The translations under genes were made by a program, and so were the position numbers. From Paramoeba atlantica (taxonomy: Eukaryota > Protista > Discosea), in the NCBI GenBank assembly GCA_977017575.1, contig CDRNVI010000084.1, positions 44,019 through 108,018 of the forward strand: a stretch of DNA of 64,000 nt, written 5' to 3'. The notes beneath the pieces were generated by a model. That model was not told the origin of the DNA and made no database searches. It saw nothing but the letters and a program-made list of their open reading frames with translations. Positions 29,012-39,660 of this stretch are shown here, piece by piece (position 1 is the stretch's first letter; each line of letters begins with the position of its first letter).

Positions 29012-29047
29012 CGCCATTTTGTACCAACGTATTAATACAAAAAGTGG

Positions 29048-29394
29048 TCGTTCCCCAAATGGCAAAGGTATTGAGCAACGGTTTGTCCCTTTAAACCTTC
29101 TGTTTCGTTCAGATGCACCGCAAATGCGGCTAGGTATATCTCCTCCTCGAGGTAATGTCCGTAGTCTCGGAGCCGCCCCACATAACTTTGATACCGTCGC
29201 CATATGCGACGCATAATGTCCCTTGTTCCTTCCGCGAACTCGCGAAAGACATTTTCGGCTTTCAAAACTTCTTGGCAGACTGTTTCTTCTGATAATTGCT
29301 GTATAACTATATTTTTTGGTATTTTTGTTTGTAATAATGACCCCTCTTTTGGGAAAGATCGGCCGGCGCCGAGGAAACTTTGCATTAGGTGCAC
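29048..29394 (-). pseudogene. Element B YR N-terminus
   Basis: AENVFREFAEGTRDIMRRIWRRY..AFAVHL..EGLKGQTVAQYLCHL, homologous to the start of the 7555 ORF. Confidence 0.85.
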
Positions 29395-29451
29395 TGTACG
29401 GTCTTCTCCCTCCCCGTACAGTTTGATGGGGCGTCCGGCCCCGGGGCCGAG

Positions 29452-30236
29452 TCACTGAGACCCGGCGATGTTGTGGCCGTTTCGGGAGGCCATTCCCCGT
29501 CCGCCTCGGGCGCGCCCTACGCCTCGGAAAGGTCCTCGAAAACGCTCTCCGTACCCGCGCCCTCCTCCGTTTTTTGCGTTCATAGCGGCTCCTTGCGCGA
29601 TCGACATATTTTGGTAATACGACATGGTCGCCTCGTGCGCCTGGGTATATTGATCGTCCATCGGGGCGCTCCGCGCAGTTTCTTTCCAATAGCGGCCGTA
29701 TTCTCGACCAAACTTATGTTTGTAACGAAGATTGTGCAAATTCTCAAACGCGGGCTCCACTGAAACCATCGAAAACGGACGTCCTGCTCGCGCGTGCAAC
29801 CCGCAATCTTGGAGGTGTTTCGAGATCGTGTCGAGACTTTCTCTCAAACTTATGGCATCCCCCGCAACCGCACCAGGATCTTTTGAGTTTCCAAATTGTT
29901 TGCGAATTTCATGCTCCAATCGTCCAATTAAATTGTCCCGGTATAGATCACTGCAGAAATGTCGGTATTCCCATTTTTTGGGCGGAAAAGCTTTTCGTGG
30001 GGGAGGTCATGGGCCGCAGGATCATACCCGCCCGGCGCCGACACACTCTTTGCTGCCATTCCCAGAGCTTCCCGAATTTGCGCGGATTGCCGCTCCACCG
30101 TAGCTTCCAACATACCGATGCGCTCTTGATCAATCTTCGTTGACGCCATGAGTTCCTCCATACGCTGCATCATTCTGGTATTATCCCCCAACTGCTGGAT
30201 CACATCTCTCGGAGAGGGTGGCTGACCTTCGGCCAT
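29452..30236 (-). pseudogene. Element B gag-like ORF1 (one frameshift in an A-run near 29985)
   Basis: Colinear homology to 6586-7383. Confidence 0.85.
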
Positions 30237-30426
30237 GGGAATGGACGATTAGTTAGTAGTTTTCCGAAAACGAAAGCGTTCTAAATATATATATATATCT
30301 TTCGGAAAACCCCAACAGAAATACTCTGATTTTTTTATGCTATAAAAAATCCATTTATACTAAATTATCTTTTTTTTTTTCAGATGGAATCTGCCTCCAA
30401 AAATAAAGTTCATTATCCCAGACACC

Positions 30427-30678
30427 TCATAATTCAATCCCTTCTTTTCGAATCTTACCTTGCACAACTTGCATTGGCTCAGAAGAAGAGTCCTTGCGTC
30501 GAAATTTGGCCCTAACATTGACCGCCACCCTACTCAACAGTTTTTCTCGGGCAACAGTGCACACCAAACTCAGCTCCTGCTGCGACAACGGCTCGGTAGG
30601 CTCGGGCCGTTGCACTGCAGGAGACGAACTGCGCGATGACCGTAAATTTCGGGTAGAGTGAAGTTCGAGTTGTGTCAT
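30427..30678 (-). pseudogene. N-terminal fragment of a family-C gag
   Basis: LRSSRSSSP..PTEPL.QQELSLVCTVA..FRRKD matches the 32672 ORF N-terminus. Confidence 0.8.
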
Positions 30679-30871
30679 CGCAACTTTCCTTTTGCGAGTG
30701 GAAAAAGGTTATAAGTCACTAGAGTAAAATAATGTATAGTATAGTATGCTAAAAGTATAATTACATGGTTCCCCCCGGAGGGGGCAAAATCAGGTACATA
30801 TATGTATATGTGCCCCGTAGGGCCACGGTCAAAGAATAAATATTTTCTTCAAGCAATTCTTTCCGTAAACT

Positions 30872-31396
30872 CTAAGAGTAAATGGTTTGGAGACTTCGGG
30901 CATACGTCATTCTGGTTGTTACTGCGATCTTTAAGGAATCGAGGAAGAGAATGGCGTTTAACGCCGTTGGGGAAAGGTTCTTTTGGGTGCAACACGCCTT
31001 TAGACGGATCCATATCAGTTCTCTTGTGGACCATGTCGCGTTCGCCCACATAGGCAGAACGGCGCGTTGGAGGTCGAGAGCGTAGTGGTGCTGTGGATCG
31101 ATTCCGAGCATTTGATTTGTCAATGTTGTTCTGCGGATTTTGGTTTCTGGGGTATACTGGTCTCTGAGTCGCTCGTTGAAAGTCTTCATTCGCTTGATCC
31201 CCGTTCCTGTGATGTTCGGTGGACGCATAATTGTTTGACCCATGGACTGGGTCACGAGTATCGGCTGCTTGGGTACGAGTGTTTGTGTGTTTACATACCG
31301 GACACCATTCCACACATATTTCCGATATGAACTTGATAAAGAATTGCTCATCATAAAATCTAGCTCCACGGGCACTTCCGTGAGTTTTTGAGACAC
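30872..31396 (-). pseudogene. N-terminal fragment of a family-C YR
   Basis: MWANATWSTRELIWIRL..TALNAILFLDSL..TYARS resembles MWSVSTWRARARIWERL..TALHAVTFLASL..TYART in the 53672 ORF. Confidence 0.75.
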
Positions 31397-31930
31397 TTCG
31401 ATGATTTCTCATCGAAGTGCCTACGTGTCACAGGGTGACTCATCGAAACGTCAATCTTCTCATCGAAGGTGATTTTAATTGCTTTGGAAAGAAAAAAATC
31501 GAGAACATGAAAATAAGAAAGCGGCGACACTGAGAATCTGTGTCTGCCAGTAGTGGAGGTGGCGGAGTGGCAAGAATTCAAAGTTTGAAGCACATGGTGC
31601 TCAGCCGGCGAGCTCAAACCCGCTCATCGCAATATTCCCGGCGGCCTCACTCTAAGAGGCTGGGCTGATAACTGACTAGGCCCAGTACTCGGAGGACCGT
31701 CCCGGACCCTCCCCTCAGGGAACCGGCTCCCTTACCCGGCTTACACCTCTTGGGTAAGCCGTGTTGACGTACAGTTCGTCGACGCAGCGTGTTGGCAACA
31801 GCACGTTGGTGCCGCCTTGGACAAGCGGAAACTGGTAGAGGACGTCGGCCTCGGAACTTCCAAATCTGTCTGTGAAGGGTCTGGCTTGCCAGTGACCATC
31901 CGGAGCAATCGGGAATGTTTTTTTTTTGTG

Positions 31931-32439
31931 TGTCTGCCACTTCCGCAGGTTTGTGTATTTCTTTTCCTATACTACGACACCTAGTTTACGTGTCTGGAGG
32001 CAAGGCCCAACTTTGAGCGAAGCCTTTTTTGAGCGAAGCCCACTTCTGGAGGCAAAAGCCCCCGTTTGCGAGCAAGGCCCAACTGTGAGCGTAGCCCTGG
32101 GACAGAATTATATTTTTTGGCGACCCACGCGCTGGAGCGCGCGGGTCGCGCACTGAGAACCTATGTCTGCCACTTCCGCAGGATTGTGTATTTGTTTTCC
32201 TATACTGCGAGACCTAGTTTACGTGTCTGGAGGCAAGGCCCAACTTTGAGCGAAGCCCACTTCTGGAGGCAAAAGCCCCCGTCTGCGAGCAAGGCCCAAC
32301 TGTGAGCGTAGCCCTGGGACAGAATTATATTTTTTGGCAACCGGCGCGCTCCATGCTCCATGCTCCACGCTCCACGCGCTGGAGCGCGCGGGTCGCGCAC
32401 TGAGAACCTATGTCTGCCACTTCCGCAGGATTGTGTATT
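31931..32439. repeat. ~240-bp tandem repeat (2 copies plus the start of a third) containing GCAAGGCCCAACT(G/T)TGAGCG motifs
   Basis: TGTCTGCCACTTCCGCAGG at 31931, 32164 and 32411; the same motifs recur at 33769-33870. Confidence 0.9.
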
Positions 32440-32671
32440 CGTTTCATAGTTTACGGAGAGAATTGGGCGAATAAATTATTTACGTTATACCAGTTTATCT
32501 ATTGTGTGATGGCCGAGGGGCATTGTACCTGTTGTAAGAATTCAACTGATTTGATATATACACCCCCCAGATGTAACCCCATGTGTATACAGACGAATAT
32601 GACGTTTGCTATGGTGATTATAAATTCAAGACTTTATTTCCTTTGTTAATTCGCGACAGTTAAAGTTTCTA

Positions 32672-33541
32672 ATGACCGTGGTTGACGCTCCTTCAACTCG
32701 AGCTTTACGGTCGTCGCGTAGTTCTTCCCCTACTGCTGAGTCGCTCGTGCCTACCGAGCCGCTCACGCAGCAGGAATTAAGTCTCGTTTGTACGGTGGCC
32801 AGTGTGAAACCCTCGGTGCAGGTGCAAGCATCTTTCCGTCGCAAGGATGATCGTAATGGTGCTCGACAAACGTTGATGGGCAAGTTGCGCAAGGAAGGTC
32901 TTGACTTATGGGGGGTGTGGGAAGATAAGCCGTCTAAGGAGTACCCCTTTCCTCACCCGGATTTGGACTATTTTGAGATTAACATTATTGAGGATCGCGA
33001 GGTGCCGTCATCAGTTGCTAATTCGCAAGTCCCTATTTCTGAGCCAGTGGGATCGTCTGGGGAACTGCCAAGTAGCGCCCAAGAAATGGCAGGGGGGAGA
33101 CAGATTGAGGGACCCTCCTTGACGCTTCCGGAGGCCCCACAGGAGGGCAGGCCCAGGCTCCTTGACCCCAACGCATTGAACCCTTATGAACCGATAACCT
33201 TTGAACCGTGGATTAATGCGTTAGACGACGACGGATTCCGTACCAGAGATTTGATTCGCGAGCTGAGAGAGGCCCCGGAATTTGGTTTGCATGGTAACCG
33301 ATTTTATTATGATCGGAGCTTCGTTAAGCAGCAGGAACGTGTGTTCAATTCGATTTTTTGCAAGTGGATTGTTTTTGCTCGGTTGATACCAAATCGGAAC
33401 CAAGGGGTCTATCTCGAGATGGGACGCGGAATAATTCAAACCCTTCGGGATGCTTACTGGCGGGCGCGCCGAGTTGACGTTGATCTCGTCCACCAGAAAA
33501 TGGAGAGGAAACTGGAGAAATTGGAGAGAAAATGGAAGTAG
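32672..33541 (+). CDS. Family-C gag-like ORF lacking the C-terminal zinc knuckle
   Basis: RELREAPEFGL..CKW..GVYLEMG..RDAYWRARR.DVDLVHQK is shared with 53063-53605. Confidence 0.75.
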   Translation: MTVVDAPSTRALRSSRSSSPTAESLVPTEPLTQQELSLVCTVASVKPSVQVQASFRRKDDRNGARQTLMGKLRKEGLDLWGVWEDKPSKEYPFPHPDLDYFEINIIEDREVPSSVANSQVPISEPVGSSGELPSSAQEMAGGRQIEGPSLTLPEAPQEGRPRLLDPNALNPYEPITFEPWINALDDDGFRTRDLIRELREAPEFGLHGNRFYYDRSFVKQQERVFNSIFCKWIVFARLIPNRNQGVYLEMGRGIIQTLRDAYWRARRVDVDLVHQKMERKLEKLERKWK

Positions 33542-33971
33542 GACGAGCGAATGGGTGGTCCCCGCGTCACCCGTTCGCAAGCTGGGAGAGGACAGAAGTG
33601 TTGTGGGATTATTTAATTTTGTTATGTTATGACCGGTCATACAGTATTCATATGAATTTTGAACGTGCATAGAATTGAACGTATCAAATATCAGATAGAA
33701 GAGGGGAATGAAGATATTGTTTTGCTTAGTGCTTTCTTTCTTTCTTATAATATTTATGATGCACAATTCTTCCTATACTGCGAGACCTAGTTTGCGAGCA
33801 AGGCCCAACTGTGAGCGTGGGTTTATCTGTATCTGTAGTTTGCGAGCAAGGCCCAACTGTGAGCGTAGCCCACGTTTTTCCCTTCGAACGGAGTTCTACA
33901 CCACGTTGTAGCTCTCGTGATAAAAATTACTAGGCTGTTCTATTTTACTTCGGTTTCGTCCCTTCTTTTTA

Positions 33972-35156
33972 ATGAATAACAGTCAAGCGGGGAGTGCACG
34001 CGAAGCTCTTTTGAATAGTTTTGTGCGTTTCGTAGACAGCGAAATGCGTCGCACTCAAGAACAAGAGGAAGAAGAAGAGTTACCTCGCACTCCAGAGGAA
34101 TTACGAACTCCTGGTGCCTGGGCTGACAGACTTATTTTTAGCCCCTTGGTTGGGGCCGAAGCTGCTGCACGTACTTTGCTTCCGTCAGTTCGTGTATGTC
34201 CAGGTTGTGCTGAGTTTTCTTGTGTGCGCGCGTGGCGAAATTTTAATATGATCCCTCAAGGCAAGCGTGCAGAATCCTGGATGAAAAATCACGGTCTGTT
34301 GAAAGCACCTTCTTGTACTGTGCATGGTCCAAGTATGATGCGGGATATACCCGGACGGCCTAACATCCAAATGTGCTGTTTTCATGAATTCCAGCGCAAT
34401 CCGTGTCGGATGAAGCGAGGAAAACTTGAACCTTATGTGTCTGGTCGAATGGACATTGACGCGGGAAAGTTGCTTCGAATTTGGGCAGATATTGCCGATA
34501 ATTTGACAGCGGGCCAAATTGCGAGAAACCGTTCCATTAGGCACAAGGTGGTGACGAAAATTCTACACGACTTAGGCAATGCAGCACTACACCAAGAAGA
34601 AAATGCGGTGTACGCATTTTCTAGTCTGCAGGTGGATGAAACCTTCGTGGGAAAACGGAAATACCACCGAGGAAGACGCCCCCGAAACGTGGGACATTGG
34701 TTTGTGAGCATAACCGAGGTTAAGGGAAGACGAATGGGTCGGACTCATTGGAAGCTCGTTAAGCGACGAGACCACGAAACTTTGAAAAATTTCATACTTC
34801 CGCACTTGGAGAGTGCGCGGTCTTTGGTAGTGACTGATGCTTGGCGTGGATACTTGGGGATGGAGGAGTTCTGTCGGCACTTCGCCGTGAACCATTCGAG
34901 AGAGTTCGTTGAACTCCATGGCTATCATACGAACCATGCGGAGTGTGTGCACCGAATTATAAAAGACTGGACCAAGCGCCAGCACTATAATTTCGGTGCA
35001 TCAGCTCAAGACCTCAAGCGCAATATTGCTCTCCAATGCGTTAAATTCGGGAGCGTACACAATGATCCAGAGCGAGCCAAGCTTCCAATGAGGTGGGCAT
35101 GTCAGAAGAAGAAGTGCGTTTTGGGCGCACTAAAGGGATACACTTTTTTTTTTTAA
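33972..35156 (+). CDS. Merlin / ISXO2 (IS1595-like) DDE transposase, intact
   Basis: QVDETFVGKRKYHRGRR, RDHETL, VTDAWRGY, VNHSREFV, HTNHAE; N-terminal Cys/His cluster. TIRs not identified. Confidence 0.92.
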   Translation: MNNSQAGSAREALLNSFVRFVDSEMRRTQEQEEEEELPRTPEELRTPGAWADRLIFSPLVGAEAAARTLLPSVRVCPGCAEFSCVRAWRNFNMIPQGKRAESWMKNHGLLKAPSCTVHGPSMMRDIPGRPNIQMCCFHEFQRNPCRMKRGKLEPYVSGRMDIDAGKLLRIWADIADNLTAGQIARNRSIRHKVVTKILHDLGNAALHQEENAVYAFSSLQVDETFVGKRKYHRGRRPRNVGHWFVSITEVKGRRMGRTHWKLVKRRDHETLKNFILPHLESARSLVVTDAWRGYLGMEEFCRHFAVNHSREFVELHGYHTNHAECVHRIIKDWTKRQHYNFGASAQDLKRNIALQCVKFGSVHNDPERAKLPMRWACQKKKCVLGALKGYTFFF

Positions 35157-35320
35157 AATCACCTTCAGCTTTAGAAGGGCATACGACCTTTTAGCTGCAA
35201 CTTGCAGCCTTTAACTATTCTGCATTGGACGGTGATAAACTTTCATACTTCAGAAAATCACTTTCAGCTTTAGAAGGGCATACAACCTTTTAGCTGCAAC
35301 TTGCAGCCTTTAACTATTCT
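35155..35320. repeat. 67-bp direct repeat x2, period 99 (duplicated at +6729)
   Basis: AAAATCAC.TTCAGCTTTAGAAGGGCATAC...AACTATTCT. Confidence 0.9.
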
Positions 35321-35419
35321 CAACATTCCCCAAACAACTTCAACTTTCCGCTACTGCATGTCTCTCGTGTAAACCCCGAGGCTATGCACACGCCAGTTTT
35401 AGGTTTCGTGCGGTGAAGT

Positions 35420-35697
35420 CGAACTTCGTGGAATAAGGGCCCGAGCTGAATGGGGTTTTTGGGCGCTCGAGGGCCATTGCTCCGTTTCATTCTACTTTTC
35501 ATGCATACGAAACTGGTCCGAAAAAGGCGAACTTCGTGGAATAAAGACCCGAGCTGAAAAGGGTTTTTGGGCGCTCGAGGGCCGATGCTCCGTTTTATTC
35601 TACTTTTCACGCATTCGAAACTGGTCCGAAAAATACAAACTCCGTGGATTAGGGGCCCGAGCTGAATGAGGTTTTTGGGCGCTCGAGGGCCATTGGT
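35420..35697. repeat. ~108-bp tandem repeat x3, sharing a core with the 153-bp array (duplicated at +6729)
   Basis: CCGAGCTGAA...GGTTTTTGGGCGCTCGAGGGCC in each unit. Confidence 0.88.
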
Positions 35698-36287
35698 CCA
35701 TGTAGTCGTCTTTTTCACCGATGCCAAGCCGGAGGGGTATAACCGAATATTCATATCAATCCGATTTCAATATCAATCTCACTTATGGAACGATCATTAC
35801 ATTTTTGTACTTGCTTGTTTGTACCTGGAGGTTTGGGGGAGGGGGGGCACTCGATGAATATTCATCGAACGGACAGTGCGTTCGATGAATGAAAACGCAA
35901 TTTTTTTTGTAAAAAAATGCTCGACGAACGGAGCTTGGTTTTTTATTGTAAGCGAGACTGAAATACCGTTGGAAAAGGTTATAGTCCTTGCGCGCACTAA
36001 TAGGGATCGTGAGGACACGTACAGAAACAGCATCTTTATGTCTTGAAGGATTAAACCTTGCTTGCATGGTATTCTTGCGCCCAAAACAATTTTTTTTTCA
36101 TTTTTTTTTTTGCAATTAATGAGGGGGGAGAAGTATGAGTCGCGGCATTGCCTCTATATTTTAACCCAGTAGACGAACCAAGTAGGTCCATTGGGGGATA
36201 TACGAGTTGAAAACAAGCAATCAAATTAGCAATTTTATATTGTTTTTTTTTTGGAGCCCAAAACGAGCAATTCGATCTCCCGTAAGT

Positions 36288-38440
36288 ATAATAACAATAA
36301 TAACAATAATAACAATAATAATAAAAACAAGCAATCCACGCCCAATCCATTCGCGCGTTCCGGACCGGGTCTTTCGACCTCTCCACGGCCTGACTTGTGA
36401 ACCCTTCCCTTGCTATATGGGAGGGCGCAGGCGCGGGCCTGTGTCGACAGCGACACGGTCGCGAAACAGGATGCTGGTCGACGGGGAGGAGATTCACTTC
36501 CCGTGTGCTACCTCACTTGGGGTACCTAGCCCTCGCGGGCTAGGCGTGAGCATAGACTCTGTCGACTCGACCAACATCCAGGCCAGAAGTTTTCCTTACT
36601 CTTCTTTGCCATACCCCACAAGTGCAGGGCCTGTGTTCGCCGAGGGGAGGCGAAGAACGAGCATACGCGCCTGGGAGCGCATGAGGGTGACGTTCACACT
36701 TGTTAGTATTTGCTGTAACGCCCCCCCTTGCGAAAGTGTTCCACCTGAGGTCGCAGCTTGGCCTTTCGAGACTTCCCGCAAGACCGACATAGCGGCCGGA
36801 CTCCAGCATCCGTATGTTTCGACAGCCATAGCTGTGAACTTGGTCTTCGCTTCTTCAGCTTCCTCCCGTTGCTTCCGCTTGTGTTCGACGGCGTACCTCT
36901 CGGCGAATGACCCGGCTGCCACCATGTTAGCATCACGGACCAGGTCCGTATACTTTTGTTGCTGAACATGTGTGACAGCGAAATCAAGGACGAGGGCCTG
37001 ACCGAGACCACCGTTCCGGACATAGACATCTGCGGGTCGCGTGAGGGCGCCGCCCGGACCCCTGTTTCCCAGAGAGACTTCTCTCTGTGGGCTCAACCCG
37101 GCCTTGCTGCATTCAGCGGAGAACTGTTCCGCTAGGGCGTTGTGCCTTGTAATGATTCCGTGGCCGCACTTGCAGGCTAGCGCATGGTCCCCCCCAGGGC
37201 CGAGTGGGAGGCGACAATTCGGAATCGGGCAGTTGTGACCTTGAGGGTATATACTCTCCCCGAGCCACCAACGAATCAGAGTCCGAAGCTCAGTAGGGGT
37301 GTAGGCATGACCGCAGAGAGTTGAGGGAACCGTGAAGGCCCAGTTGGATGCCCCGTCGCCCGTTTGTGAGAGCCACCTAGCCCGAGTGCGGGGATCCGCT
37401 CTTGCGTAATCTTCCTCAAAGTCTCTCGCTGAAATCGCATGACTGAGATCGCGTTGTCGAGGAATCGCCAGATCTTGAGAAAGGTCAATATCGGGGGAGG
37501 GCGAGAAGGGGCATCTCTTTATGACGGAGTCCTTGTGGATTTTCCCGGTAGATTTGTCCACCATACACCCCACTACACGCCGAGTGTTTTATCATGCACT
37601 TATAGTGCAGAGATTTGCTCACCATGTCCTTATCCCGCATACGACGGGTGGATCATGTGAGGTTTCGTCCTCGCCGGAGGTGTGCGGGTGCGGAGAGCTG
37701 GCGTCCCAGGTGCAGAGAGCTCGGTTGTCATGTGCAGGTGCAGAGAGCCGGATGCGTAATCCCCATATTACAGTTTCGGGGGCAATCCGGGTGCAGAGAG
37801 CTGCGACAGAGCCGAGGTGCGGAGAGCTGGGCGACCGCCAGGTGCAGAGAGCCGAGTCTCGTCGGCGGAGGACACGTCTAGTGGTCCTCAAGGGAGGCCA
37901 CTGTGACGCATGGCCCTCTCGGAGAGGAAAAAGACAAGTCGAAAAAAAAGCCGAGAGGGGGAAGCACACTCACTCCAGGGGAGTGAGTCGGGGAGGGGTG
38001 AAGTGGTGAAAGCGCGTCCCCTGCTTCAGCGACAAGAGGGACAGTTCCGACCTTAGTGCCGGCCGGCAACGGGCATGAAAATACAGTAAGAGTATGCCCG
38101 TTGCCGGGGAAAGAAAGGATGAACTAAGGAAAAAGGATTAATGTCCTCCACGGCGTAAGAAAAGCTCTCAGCCTCATTTGCATCCCATCGATCCTTGTCG
38201 GAAGCGAAAGCTACTGAAGCTACGTACGCTGAGGTGGCATGCATTTCCGCTGAGCGAAGGCCGAGACCGCCGAACTGTTTATTTCTTTGTGCTTGTCGTC
38301 GAGCCATGTCACTCAGTGGGCGACAAAACGTTTCAACAGTACGCTGAACGGCGTTGTCGAGTCTGCGACATAAGTCCAGTAGTTCGTCCGTCGGCGTCGT
38401 GCGAAGGGAGTAAACCATCTGGCAAAACCCTGTGCTTTCA
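36288..38440 (-). mobile_element. 5'-truncated CRE-clade element (post-RT region, knuckle, endonuclease, 3' UTR, (TTATTATTG)n tail) with a ~551-bp insert
   Basis: TGFC.MVYSLRTTPT, GGLGLRSA, DHALAC, RHNAL, RPADV, LDFAVTH; close to the C-terminus of the 47751 ORF. Confidence 0.9.
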
Positions 38441-39115
38441 TTTTTTTTTTTTGCGAATAATTGGGGGGAGTAGTATTGATTCTAATGTTTATGTCTACGT
38501 TTCGAACTTTCCGCCAATTAAAACCTTTCACCCTACTTCCTTCCTTCCCCTACTTCCTTCCCCTCACCACACTCACTTCCCTTACCCCACTTACGCCCTA
38601 CCGACTGACGCGTCCCTGCTGACCGGCTCGTCCGCACTGTGGCCCATGTGGTCCAGGACCTCCGCTCCCACCCCGTTAGCAGTATAAGATACTTTGAGTT
38701 GCTGTACGAGGGTGGGAGACTTGGAGGAGACGAAACGCATAGCCGCCGTCACGCCGAGGGCAAAAATCGGGAAGAGGGACATGGCGGGACGGACGCGGGG
38801 ACAAGGAGAAACGACGCCCGAGCCCATCGGTCTGGACCTCTGCCCCCACCCCGTGAGCAAGTATACAATACTTTGGGCTGCTGGCACGGGGGTGGGGTAC
38901 GCAAGAGAGGAAAACAACAGAACGACAAGCGCGCCGACACAGAAGGTCGAGGTGGGGGGATACGGCGCAGGGGGATGATGGGACGAGAGAGGGAGGGGGG
39001 ATGCCGACAAGAAAGTGTGTATTTGAGGGGGGTGCCCTCCCATGGTCTGGAAGATGGTGTAGGGAAGAAAAAGGAAACAACAAGGTACAGAAACTGTATC
39101 TTTATCGTTAAAGTT
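38441..39115 (-). mobile_element. SL-headed, poly(A)-tailed retrosequence (SL-SINE or processed transcript), copy 1
   Basis: SL at 39078-39115; C-rich body; A12 at 38441-38452. Confidence 0.8.
39078..39115 (-). ncRNA. SL exon copy
   Basis: AACTTTAACGATAAAGATACAGTTTCTGTACCTTGTTG followed by TTTCC (no GT). Confidence 0.88.
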
Positions 39116-39234
39116 CATTTTTTTTTTATTTTTTATTTTTTCTTGTTTTTTTTTAGCCAGTCAGGTTGAGCCCTGAGTCCCAGCAAAATAAGGGGGAGGG
39201 GGGGCACTCGATGAATATTCATCGAACGCACTGT

Positions 39235-39660
39235 CCGGCCCGGATCTGTGCATTACGGCGTCTTTACAGATTTGTTGATGTTCCCGCTTCCGCCCGCAAT
39301 CCATAAGATCTCCACAAGAAGAACACTTGTATGAAGTAAATTGTCGGGGTTCTCGCTCACACGGAATGCCAGCTTTCAAGCATAGATTATAAATTCTTCT
39401 GACTAGAGCATTATGTTTCATGGTTGTTCCCGGGGCATTTCACACATCCGGATACATGCGACATGGCAGACGCTGCGCTCAAGGTAGACGTAAACTTCAT
39501 GCAATCAATAACCAAGCAGAACGGACATGTGAGCGATTTTGATGTGTATGAGGAATGAGTGAGTGAGGAGACGAGATGACGAGGGGGGGCTCTCAGATAG
39601 TAGGCAATCTGGGGTTTCTTCTTCTTGCCGTCACTAGCGTTTGGGTGATTTGAAGACTGG
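39235..39660 (-). pseudogene. Zinc-finger fragment of a CRE element related to 2732-6364 (also at ~45964-46390 and partly at ~56470-56640)
   Basis: CPFC..SHVSGCVKC..KHNALV..LKAGIPCEREPR..CSSC..EHQQIC..RSGPD, then breaks off. Confidence 0.85.

Larger units (their letters stand above)
23864..29047 (-). mobile_element. APE-RT-RNase H non-LTR retrotransposon inserted in the element B YR gene; (TTG)n tail; ~12-bp TSD
   Basis: TCGTTCCCC(C)AAA at 23851-23863 and 29048-29059; (CAA)6 next to the left copy; excision restores CHLGNEYAL. Confidence 0.88.

Noticed and set aside
31595-31695. ingi/L1Tc 77-bp signature or HDV-like ribozyme (GCTCAGCCGGC ... CCAGTACTC)
   Set aside because: Only short patches match, the spacing is wrong, and no linked element follows.
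36207-39169. Many overlapping antisense or alternative-frame ORFs here and elsewhere (e.g. 36207-36965, 38639-39169, 51800-52594)
   Set aside because: Shadows of TE ORFs or of GC/purine-biased sequence; low complexity and no motifs.
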